Shown: positions 1-10,800 of the stretch, one piece after another
Position numbering within the stretch: the first letter of the stretch is position 1
How the letters are laid out: each line of letters starts with the position of its first letter
DNA from: Balanoglossus misakiensis
Lineage: Eukaryota; Animalia; Hemichordata
NCBI GenBank assembly: GCA_040954595.2
Contig: CM082584.2
Coordinates: 6,839,919-6,903,918 of the forward strand
Length of the DNA stretch: 64,000 nt
Reading direction: 5' to 3'
Notes under the pieces: generated by a model
Told to the model about the DNA's origin: nothing
What the model saw: the letters and a program-made list of their open reading frames with translations, nothing else
Databases searched by the model: none
Made by a program: the position numbers and the translations under genes

Positions 1-1440
1 TAATTTACAACACCGAAATATACCGTATTAGGTAATTAATGCCATTATTAATTATTAATATGAAAGGTTCCACGGGGTCACGAACGATAGGAGAATCCAA
101 ACGATCACCATGGCGGTGACTGTCTTCAAAGTCTTGTTTGCCCAAGGGTCTATGTTTAAATGAATGGTTCCCCCACTGTAAGAAAAACCCATTTGCGTTA
201 TTGTATACTGGTATTTTCTTATCTTTCTACCAGACGGTAAAATCTATCTATGTGTGCGTGAAAATCCCCCGACGTAATAGTCAATGCAATGATGTCTCCG
301 CATTTACCATTATTAATTACTATACTTTTGCTGATGCTGACGAAATGGAAGCGTGTCAGTCTTATGTATTTTCAAAGATAATGTCGATTTTTATTTACTT
401 TTTATAATCCAAGAGGCACAGCTTGCACCAATTCGCATTGGAAAGCTTAGACCCATGCCAATGAAACGCAGAAAACTTGTGTTGTGTTGTGTCGTGTTGT
501 GTGTGTGTGTGTGTGGGGGGGGGGGGTTCGGTCAATTATTCAAATAACAATTACAGTAATTTCATATGTCCGGGAATATAGCCAGACCGCTTGGTTTCTT
601 GTCTAATATAAAATGCCCATGAGTCAACGGAGGCACTTTAGGACACAGGTCAAAGGTCGCCGACTTCTCGTGGTTTTCATTACAACATATCCAACCCAGT
701 GGTATTTGCCACGTCTGAAACCGAATAAGGTAACAGTTGTCAGGCTGGCACACTCTAAGTCTTAGGTAAACACCACGTATATCCGCGCGTGCACAGTTGT
801 CCACCTAAGTAACCATGGTAACCAGTCATCTATTACTTTAAAATTAGGTCTGTACACAAAATACGCACATCTATTAGCCAGGCGGATTTCCCGGCGTCTG
901 CAGGGATGCAACTGGCGATTGCAATAATTGGACGGCGATTGATTGGTAACTCGGCCATATGGATAGACTCTCATATCAAATGCAAATACACGTGCAAATA
1001 TCACCATGATAAAAGTTTTCCGTCTGGGTCAGCGCGAAACTCTGACCTATTTCTAAATGTTCAATGCCACGTTAATTTTTAAAGTGGTAATTTGGATACT
1101 GAATAGTGGCATGCACTCTTTTATACCAGCAGAATGCTCCGTTGGCTACCCACATTAGACTTGCAAATCACTAACTTTTGATGAAATTTCTTCATTCAAT
1201 ATGCTGTTCTAATAATTATCGAATTTTAAATTATCGCGTTTCTTCCTAGCCTTGTTCACACCTTTTGTACTGGCCGGGGCATATGCCATTGATAACTTCA
1301 AAATTGTACCAAAGATCAACCAAAATTAGTCTTTTAGAGTATTTTTTTTCTTCGTATAACAAGAATGCTGTAGACCAAACAGCCTACACGACAAGTTCCT
1401 TAAACCCGAACGTCAGTCCTTTTCTTTTCGTTTTTAATAG

Positions 1441-3908
1441 CGCAAAAGCTTCCCTCACGTGACAGAGCAGTCTCGAAACGCGCAAAAGGTGAGGGCAGAA
1501 GTTTAGGCTATAGATGTAGTACTTTTATCCCTTTCAAACACGAGGTCCAGCGTCAGGCCTGAGAGGGTTTTATACTAACCAGCATATGTGCACGTACTAA
1601 TACAGACTGTGTGCACGTACTAAACCCAAGCTTGCACGTGCCATACCAGAAAATTGGCACTAATAGCCCGTGTGTGTTATACTAATCCGTAATATGTGTG
1701 CACGTACTAATCCAGAAAGTGTGCGCGTGCCAAACTAGAATGTAGACATTGCACACTGAATGATCAAGACAAATTGTTTGTATACGATCGGATATCAACA
1801 CGATTCAACGGTGCGACAAATGATAAATTGTAATGTCACTTGTAATTATCTACGCAATAGTCACGGGACTAATAAAAAGCATATACCATGTCAAAAATCA
1901 GTGAATATTGTATCCATTGTATCTCGCAGAAAACCCGACTGTAGTGCAAGATGTCGACCCTTTTGACGAAGAATTCAAAGGTAAGATATCACTGAAGACA
2001 AACTGGTTTCGATTCGTAGGTTTATCCTCCCCCCCCCGAATCCTTCGTTTGATTTACCTCATCTGAATGCTGTATTAGACCGTATACACGATCCTCTCCC
2101 ATGCTCTTGTTCATCTCGCAGATCGTATAAGGTTGCCCCTGACGATAGCGGACAGCGATGTGAACAGAAGGATAAGCTACACAGAAACCAGTGTGATCAA
2201 GTACTTCCCTGTCGTCAAGGAAGATGGGCTTTTCCTGACGTGGGCTCATCAGGTCAATTCGATGGTCGATCTGAGGCTCTCGATGTCCAGTATGTATAAC
2301 TTGAGATTTGTATCGCCATCTTTATCGACGTGATCTCAAAGGGTTCATGGCGCAGCAGTTACCAATATACAGTCAAACCTGTGTTAGTGGCAACCTCTAT
2401 ATAGTGGCCACTATTGTTACATTCCCAGTGCAATCTACACGTGCATTAATTGACCTGTATATAAAGGCCACCTGGCCAGTTTAGGAAAGTCCCTTGACTG
2501 GCCACTATAGGCAGTTTCGACTGTATTCACTCTTTTCAACAGGATCGAGAGATCTCTGGATATAGAGACTAACAAAGATTGTAAATCTATCTCCGTTTCT
2601 TGTGTCAATGCAGATGATATTCTCATGGTCATCGCAGGCGACGTCAAGCTCCATGGCAACGTCGGAGAGAAGGGCACGGTGCCCGTGATGGCAGGTCCCA
2701 AAGTCATTGTCAGTGACGTCACGTTACTGCAGTGGTTGGACAAGATTTCGAAGTACACGAACAAAGCAATCCAGTTGAATTTCCACGACGCTGTGACGCT
2801 GGAGCCCGCCTTCAAAGTGATCGAGACCATGCAGTTTCAGCTGCACGCGCCGGTCATCTTGCACGCGGATATTCTGATCGGGCCGAACGGGGACGTCAGC
2901 CAGGTCGTCAACGGGGTCAACTTCGTCAGCGACGCCGGGAAGTACCTGCCCCACTCCACGGTCTCTCTGGGGTGGACGACGCGGCTGGTGAAGGATTCCG
3001 GAGAGACGCGGTATGACTGGCCGATGGTCCTGGACATGGCCAAGTACTGCACGCGAATCTCGCAACCCATCACGTTCTCAGTGCGAGCCACTTTCGCCAA
3101 GCAGTCCATCCGGCAGTTGAAATGGCTGGTCAGTTTATCGAGCAAGTTCACCATCACTATATGGACGGGCGAATACGATATTGTTTCTATGGTCGACTTG
3201 GGGACCTTCCGCAAAAACTTCGAGGCGAAGAAAATTGTGTACGATGTGCCCGAATCGTTCGTCGATGCTCTCAAATCGGCCGAGCCCAACTCTTTGACTG
3301 CAGAGGGCGCAAAACTGGAGAGGAACTTGTGGCAGCCGCAGCCTTTCGATGTGAGATCGTTCGTGTTTCTGGGCTCGGAGACGGTGGCGTTCACGGGGCC
3401 AAACAGCTGGCTCACGTCGAAAGTGCAATACCAAGCAGAGCTGAAGACTGACAGGAAGGTCGCAATTTCCGGGACAGTGGAATTCATCGACGGGTCCGAC
3501 CAGCCCAAGAGCGCGAAACTGGAGCTTTTCATCCGCAGCTCTGGGGTCGACCCGCCGCCCGCTGACGAAGTGCGCGGGGTGCTCTTGGAGATCACCAGCG
3601 ACGGGGATCTGAGGATATCTCCTAGCAACCTGGAAAAGGCGGGAAAATACGGCATGGAGGCCAAAGCCCACATCCCGAAGAGTAACTGCTACGAGTTTAA
3701 GATCGTCGACTCCGGGGAAAGCTCCCCGATCACCATGACGACGAAGGTGGTGAACTGTGAGGGGGAGGAGAGCGCCCCCGAAGAGCACACTGTGACACTT
3801 TCTTTGACTGTGCCCTACGACTCAACGGCGGAGGAAGTCTTTTACGTCACTTTAAATGGTAGCCACAGTGGGCAAGCGCTTTTGCTACACGACCTTGCTG
3901 TCAAATAG
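1441..3908 (+). CDS. FAM151/Menorin-like (DUF2181, PLC-like phosphodiesterase fold) protein with extra C-terminal beta-rich domain; 5' incomplete. Exons 1441-1488, 1930-1980, 2122-2289, 2614-3908
   Basis: Exons join in frame through phase-1 GT-AG introns. FAM151 motifs are present: DGLFLTWAHQVN, GDV, HADILIGPNG, STVSLGWTT, ITFSVRA, TITIWTG, VYDVP. The start exon was not identified. Confidence 0.8.
1575..1740. repeat. Degenerate minisatellite built on GTGCACGTACTAA / GCACGTGCCA units
   Basis: Three GTGCACGTACTAA copies and two GC(A/G)CGTGCCA copies lie within about 170 bp of an intron. Confidence 0.6.
2370..2523. mobile_element. MITE, Tc1/mariner-pogo-like
   Basis: Terminal inverted repeats CAGTCAAACCTG...CAGTTTCGACTG, flanked by TA on both sides, no ORF. 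Confidence 0.7.
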
Positions 3909-4633
3909 ACAATTTTGTGGTGGGTGGGTTAGTGATACGTCGTTCGTTTATACTATTGCAATTTTTAACATTTCATAAAGACAGACTTTTCATATCTTAA
4001 TTGGACAAGTGAGTTATTGTTAAGCGACATCTGCTTGTATGTCATTATTTTACTTTTCTTGCCAGCAGCATAGGTATTTTTTTTTAATTTCACAGGAACT
4101 CTGGGGTTATTTTAATTTTGCTCAATTTCACCAAACAAAACTTTCATTGGTAATCTTTCTGTCCTCCCCAATATTTTTCCCTAATTAGGTAATACATGTA
4201 TAACTTGAATTTGTTCAAATTGTTTTCAAACCAAGAATTTTTGAATTTGTAAAATAAATCAGTAAAAAATATATCCGAGGTTATCAGAAATCATTATGAT
4301 AATCGTACCCCAAACATACTGAATCTAATTTAAAAGAAGCAGGCCCTCTATGGTGACGTGACATGATTCTTTGCATGCAATGGCTTCAAAATCACCAAAC
4401 AAAATCTCATACACCATACCATGTAAACTTGACATCTGTGCAAATTGATTTGTGAACTTGAGGAAAAAAGAAAGTTGTTTTTTCTACTGAAATCCAGTAC
4501 TTGTGAAATCCCTTGTGCCGATTTCATATTCATTTACAACAGTATTTACCGGCAAATGTCTTCCATATAATAAATATAAATGACATTTTCAACATCAACC
4601 TTGATAAATGGCGGTCATTCACCTGAGCAACCT

Positions 4634-4730
4634 TTAGCACCTTCACCACCATGGTTTGGTCCAATCCACTGGGGTTTTGTATGGTAAAGTTGGATCTCTA
4701 TACAGGGAAATGGGGGGGGGGGGCAGGTAA
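4634..4730 (+). mobile_element. ~95-bp dispersed repeat, piggyBac-like MITE family, copy 1
   Basis: Core ccttcaccaccatggtttggtccaa...atggtaaagttggatctctata...ggggg is shared with copies at 13226, 48120 and 60459. Confidence 0.6.
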
Positions 4731-5459
4731 AAGTAGTTCAGGTTTGCCAGTGCTGTGTACAGCTGTGCTGTATTTTAACGCATACAGCTTCTACCAACAA
4801 GCCACCAACCATGGTTTAACACTAACTCTCATACAACCAGAAGAAACACACCCTTTGTCTACATCAAAGTAAACATAACATACATTATCAATTGAGTGCT
4901 AGCATTAAATCAACTGATTTTAATTCTACACTCAAACCAATTTCAGAAAACTTGTGTAAAAACTCAATGAGTATATCTTCTTAAAAGCAACAACTGCAAC
5001 ACCACTACCAATTACTTGAAATTTCAATATATCTATGTACAACTGATCAATATTAATCCACTCTACAAGATATTACCAATAGTACATGTACCTATGAGCT
5101 GTGAAAATAGTCAGTCCATTTTCATTTTGATATTACACTTGTACCAGTAATTCAGACAGTATTATAATAAAATTTCCATTAAAGAAAACATGTTGTAAGT
5201 TTTTTTCTTTTAATGTCAAGCTGGTGTTCTTTAATTCACCACTGTATGTGTGCTGAAAATACCCACTGAATTATGCCGATTTGTCTGGTACTGGAGTTCA
5301 GCACATAACATTAACCTGTGCCGCACTGTAGTGTATGTGGCTACAGACTTAATTCGCATGGCCATATATGGTTAAGTGTCAATTAAAGTGACACAAGTAC
5401 AATGATCACGACATGAAAGACATTCAACCTCACAACTGTGAGTGATTTACTTCTTTATA

Positions 5460-5636
5460 CAGTAAAACCTGTGTGTACCGAACCCCGTCTAATCTGGAAA
5501 CCTGTATATACCGAATACATTTTTCTGGCCCCCTTGACATAGAACATGCTTTTAAAAACCTCTATAAACCGGACACCTCTGCAAACTGAACAATTTCTTC
5601 AGTCCCGTTGGTGTTTGGTTTAGACAGGTTTTACTG
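5460..5636. mobile_element. MITE, Tc1/mariner-pogo-like, immediately 3' of the SYCE2 stop
   Basis: 13-bp perfect TIR CAGTAAAACCTGT / ACAGGTTTTACTG with TA on both flanks. Confidence 0.75.
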
Positions 5637-5677
5637 TACTTACACAAACAAACACCGCTATAGTTTTCCTCACACAT

Positions 5678-6437
5678 TCAGCTATCCAGATTGACGTCTT
5701 TATAGAGCATGCCCAGAGCATTTCTGAAATCTTCCAGCTCAGCCTCTAACTTGGAAATTCTGTCCAGAGTGGCAAACAGCTGCTGTAACTTCTCCTGTAT
5801 GACCGTGCCACTGCGCTCGTAAGTGTCATACATTGCCTGCTCCAGCATGCTGGAAGAGTTGGATACCTGTATAAACAATTGCAAATATAAGACCACTGTG
5901 CCCTCTAAGCCCATAGGACACGTCGCTGAATCAACAAACTCACTGGTTACTCAGAAAAGTTATCCACAAGTACATACCTGCATTTCCATGCTCTTCTTGA
6001 AATCTGTAAGCAGCGATGTATCTCGTTTTCTCTTAGCGTTGATTTCTTCAATCAATCCCTGGGCTGCATTCTGAAGTGTCTCCTTCGTAACAGGTCCAAC
6101 CAGGCCAGGGCTCAACGAGACTGATGTATCCCTGTTGGCCATCATTTCATTGTGTGGCAGTGAAGCAGATTCACTTGGGTTGCTGAATAAGTGAGTAAAT
6201 ACGTGTTAAGGGTCCACTACAACAACAGTACACAGTATACTTCTTGACAAGTAGAAAACTGGTGGTTGTACTTTTCAGTTGTCCCTTTGCTTGAAAAATC
6301 AAATAACCAGTACACCATTGAAAAGAAATTCTGGCTACTTCTTACCTCTGTTCAACAACATCTGGACGTTCTGCTTCTTGAGTCATGGAAGGACTCGCCC
6401 CAGTAAAATGTTCAAGACTCTTATTCACAGTTGCCAT
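5678..6437 (-). CDS. SYCE2: Synaptonemal complex central element protein 2. Coding exons 6437-6346, 6182-5978, 5866-5678; 161 aa
   Basis: Canonical GT-AG introns in phase. LQNAAQGLIEEINAKRKRDTSLLTDFK...IQEKLQQL...ISKLEAEL...LYKD aligns by eye with the vertebrate SYCE2 coiled-coil core. Confidence 0.85.
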
Positions 6438-6799
6438 GGTACCAGTTGGTTGAGTTCATGTTAATCTTGCATCTGATAAGAAGGGTATAATCATTATAGA
6501 AAACTGTGGTTTCCCAAGAGGCTTAGAGCATGAGAATACTTCGTATTCACGGGCACAGATGGAATTTGAGAATGCACACTAAATTGGACTGTCTGGGGTT
6601 AGGTATTTTATTGATAAACGCGAAAGCGACCTCCCCAATATACTACATATTCTGTGTGGGGTCCATGACGATTTCTGCAAAATCGTAGACTGGACAGCCA
6701 TTCTCGCTCGTACCGCAGGCGCAGGCACACATGGCGAATGTTCGTGTTGAAAATCTGATACTCGAACATTTGGTCTGGCAAAACATGATTATTAGTTAT

Positions 6800-7109
6800 T
6801 ATATTATACCAGTATATTGATGGTATAAATCACGCTATTTGATTGGTCGAGACACGACACGTGACCGTGATATATTAGCCATATACCACAGTCATATATC
6901 ATAGTTAAAGAAAATGCCTTTTTAAAATGTTTTATGCAAAGTTTCAATATACTGGCATAATATAATAGCAATAAAACACCCCCAGCCATGGTATACCACT
7001 CGATTTTGACCAGTTCAACTCCATATACGCACTCGCTATCGCTCGTGCGTATATGTCGTGAACTGGTCAAAATCTCGTGATATACCATGGCTGGGGGTGT
7101 TTTATTGCT
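6800..7109. mobile_element. Non-autonomous palindromic element: inverted repeat 6800-6966 plus 143-bp bulged hairpin 6967-7109
   Basis: Arm AGCAATAAAACACCCCCAGCCATGGTATA pairs with TATACCATGGCTGGGGGTGTTTTATTGCT. A 33-bp identical copy of the left arm lies at 27679-27711. Confidence 0.65.
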
Positions 7110-7468
7110 TAATTAGTTCATCGTTCTGGAGCACAAGAAGAGAGAAATTCAGAAAGATCAAACATACCTTCAAGCAAGTGCACGAACATAGGATATGCTA
7201 GTGGTATCGTTCGTCAACCTACACTAGTGAACGTAACGCCTGTTTTGATTGGTTAAAAGTATGCCAATATTTTGAACGTAGAGGGCGCGATTCATCACAG
7301 CTGATATAACCATGTTTCAAATGGTAGTGCCTGTAATTTTAAGAAGTAAAGGCCACTGTCGAATAAAAAAACACACCCCAAGTCCCCCCCTTTTCAAGTT
7401 GAATAACCAATATTCATCCTGGCACTATTCCCCTGTCTGATCGCGTAACACCTGTCTGTCAGTGTCAG

Positions 7469-7564
7469 TACATACATACATTCATACATACATAGATACA
7501 TACATAGATTCATACATAGATACATGTGTGAAGACCTTGCGGTCAGATTTCATACATACATACA
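7469..7564. repeat. (TACA)n imperfect microsatellite
   Basis: Read directly from the sequence. Confidence 0.8.
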
Positions 7565-7888
7565 ACAAGACAAGCGATATTCTCTGTAAAGATAGCTGAT
7601 TTTAATAACACCTCTGCGTAACAAAGAAAAACGAAATACAAATCAAGAAAATAAACAAACAAAAAGTCAAACTATAAACACCTTGTCGATCCGTTTAGAC
7701 TAAAACGTTCGTTGTGAATGCTCTTTATAAAACTATCTTGAACAGATCAACACAGATAGTAATTTAATTTAAAGGAAAGACTTGGTAGATTGTGCATGTA
7801 TTAGAGCGACAAATTTCGGTCTTTTTTACATTTTTATATTTTTTCGATAAGTCAGAAGGTCTAAAGCTTGAAGTTTTTTGGTTTTGGT

Positions 7889-10800
7889 CTACTGTCTGCA
7901 TCTTCTGTGGATTTCGACGTCATCTCTGAAGTCGGTGCGCTTGCTGGAGATCTTGTTGATGACCTCGCTTCTGCTGCGGTCGACCAGGTCCCTGGTGGAC
8001 TGCAGGGCTTTCTCAAGGCAGTGGAAATCGACGGTCTTGGCGTCCACCTCGTCCTTTCTGCATTCCTCGCCGCAGCGGGCGACGGCGGTCTTGGAGAAGC
8101 AGGACATCTCGGTGCCGTCGATGGTTCTCTCTTGGACCAGGGTCTTCATGCGTGGAAGACATCTGACTGTGATTTGAAAGGAAATTGTAAAAAAAAAGTC
8201 AGCATGGTCTCACTGTAGTGTACGGGGGTGGTCTAATTGGTATATTAGCTGTCACGTTTGGGAATCGAATCTAGTTTTCTGTGTATTAATTCTTATTATA
8301 AGTGTAACGACCAGGCAAATGAACTCAAGTCGGACTTGAATTAATTTTTCGATAAAAATGGTTAAAGTTACAGCTTAAACGGATCCTTAGAATATTTGAC
8401 ACTACAATGTCAAGGGATATGGCTGTATTTTCTGTTACAAACAGTAAACAACTTAAACAGTAAAACCACATTGTCACTGCCCCCCCCCCCCCCCTTTAGC
8501 AAAAATGACACTTACTGTTCTCGGTGCACTTCTCGCTGGGGACCTGGTAGCTGAGTCCGAACTCGTGTCCACTCTTGTAGATCTCCTTTTGTGGGCCTTC
8601 GAATTCGTTCTCACGCTCGCCGTCGAACTTGCCGCACAGACCACAGTGCTTCATGCGGTAGAAGCTGGAAAGCTGATGCCATAAAAAAAATAAGGAAACC
8701 ACGTTAATACCATCTCCTTCACAAATGGCACTATCGCTTCTGTTCACACTTTGTGTTTAAATTCCATTCAAAAGTATATCTTCCATGGATGTTTTACATT
8801 GTTTTTTTTTTATTGATTGAGTTCATATACCACTAAACTTTCTGATATCATTATTACCATTATAGGGGCAGATTTATCTGGGTATACGCGTACGTGCGAC
8901 ATGTTACAATTTGAAAGCAAGTCTTCATACATACCTTGACTTGGATGTTCTTTCCGTCAGTCTTCACCTGGATACCAACGCGTTGTGAGATCAGTTCGAT
9001 GCGCTCATCGGCGTGGCGGATGATGATGGCGATGATTGGGTTGTTCTTGTTCTCGTCAGTCTGCTCCCATTCTCTCACCTGTCGCTCTCTGGAACCGGAT
9101 GCGGCGCGGTGGATCATGTCTTCGAGGTCCTCCCAGTACTTCACCTCCTTGCTGTCGACCTTGACGGTTTCGTATCTCCAGTCCTTTCTTCCCCTGTACT
9201 GGTCTGGGCGCCCCCTGCGGCACTCCTCGTACTCCTCGCGCTCGCGGCTGTCGAGCTCGTCCCCGCGGTGGCGCTTCTGCATGACGTCCCTGCAGCGGCA
9301 CTGGCGGTACTTGCGCTCCTCCTCCTCGGTCCTCAGTTCGCCGCGCTCCTCCTTCTGTCTCAGCTCCTGGCACTCGGACTCGCTGACGCGCTGGCGTTCC
9401 CTGGAGTCGCTCTCTTCCCGGGAGTCCTCTTCGGAGCTCTCGTACCAGCGCTGGTCCGGTCTGTATGGTCTCCTCTGGCACTCGCGGCGCTCCTCCATCT
9501 CCTGGCTGCTGACGTAGTCGCCGTTGTAGTACCTGGCCTCGATCTCTCGGCATCTGCACATCTCGCGTTTCTCCTCCTCCTCACTGGTCAGTCTCTGGCC
9601 GTTGTCGTACCTCTCTTTGATCTCGCTGCACTCTTCCTCGGTGACTCTCCTGTCTTGCTCGGTCCTCTCTTCGGACGACCTGGATGGTCTCCTCTCCCCG
9701 GACTCCACGCGTGGGGTTCTTTCGATCATCTTGCCAACGGTCTCCTCAACTGGGCGGAATTCGACCTCGCCTTCCTTGCGGACGATCATCTTCTCGTTTG
9801 GCCTCAGATCCTTCTGCTCGCCGTTGATGCGGACGGTAATTTGGTCGTTGTCCTCTCTTGGGATCATTTCTACTTTGGTGTCTTCGATGAAAATCTTGGC
9901 AATCTGAAATATATCACATCAATGTCATTTAAGCAAACGAAAACGGAAATTTCAACCTGTACAACAGAACCTTGGTGCCTGCAATGTTATACAATGGCAC
10001 ACCTTCAGATGTCTAATAGTAAATGCACGCATGATTGCATAGGCAATAAAGCACAGAGCGAAATACTACAAGTGCAATTGACCGAGGATTTGTATAGATA
10101 AGACCACGGCAGTTTACTCACCTTCTTCTCAGATGTTTCGTGGATCTTGGAGGCAAGAACGGTGAAGCGGTTCTCCTGGGAGCAATCCTCGGCAATAATG
10201 TGTTCGCACTTGGACAGGGCGTACTTGTAGGTGACGTTGTCGAAAGTTTTGATCTCATCATTGGAACGCACTTTGCAGTATGCTACAAGGGAAAAAAAGA
10301 ACAAAATGGGCGTGTTAAAGGAATACAACCAACTCAGTGTAATATATATGGCTATACATGTCTAAGTCATGTGGTGGCGCACTTTTATCGTGCAGCCCCC
10401 AATCGAAATGTGTGATTTGCTGGAGCTCAACGTTCCGTGGTATCTGAGAGTAAATTTGCACTGGCGACCATGGCTGCTAATCAGACTTGCGACTGTTTGT
10501 AGAAAAGAGACCATCTCGAATAATAGGAACCAACAGTGAACACTCTGGCGCTGTACGTGTGGTTTATTACACACAGTGAGATCATAACTTGTAGTACACT
10601 TACGAGTCCACTGGTCGTTCATGTACAAGTTCATGTACTGCTGGACCATGGTCTTTCTGGTGGACATGGGCTGGATTCTGATGGGCATGCGCACCTTCTC
10701 GAACTTCAGGTTCTCGTAGGGGTGGTTCACGGTGATGTTGGCCACGTTCATCTTGTCGGTCAGCTCGGCAGTGAAGTAGACTTTGTTGTAGGGGTTGTCG

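Noticed and set aside
110-163. ATG in good Kozak context (ACCATGG) as the first exon of the FAM151-like gene
   Set aside because: No phase-1 GT donor before the in-frame stop, so it cannot be joined to exon 1441.
809-822. Perfect RFX X-box GTAACCATGGTAAC and similar words at ~6430, 39818, 49386, 55888 and 61348
   Set aside because: The motif is scattered through introns, UTRs and repeats with no clear promoter association, so no target gene can be assigned.
5861-5866. GTATCC on the minus strand in SYCE2 as a possible U12 donor
   Set aside because: It is the first two codons (Val-Ser) of the last exon, directly after an AG acceptor, and lacks the following TT.
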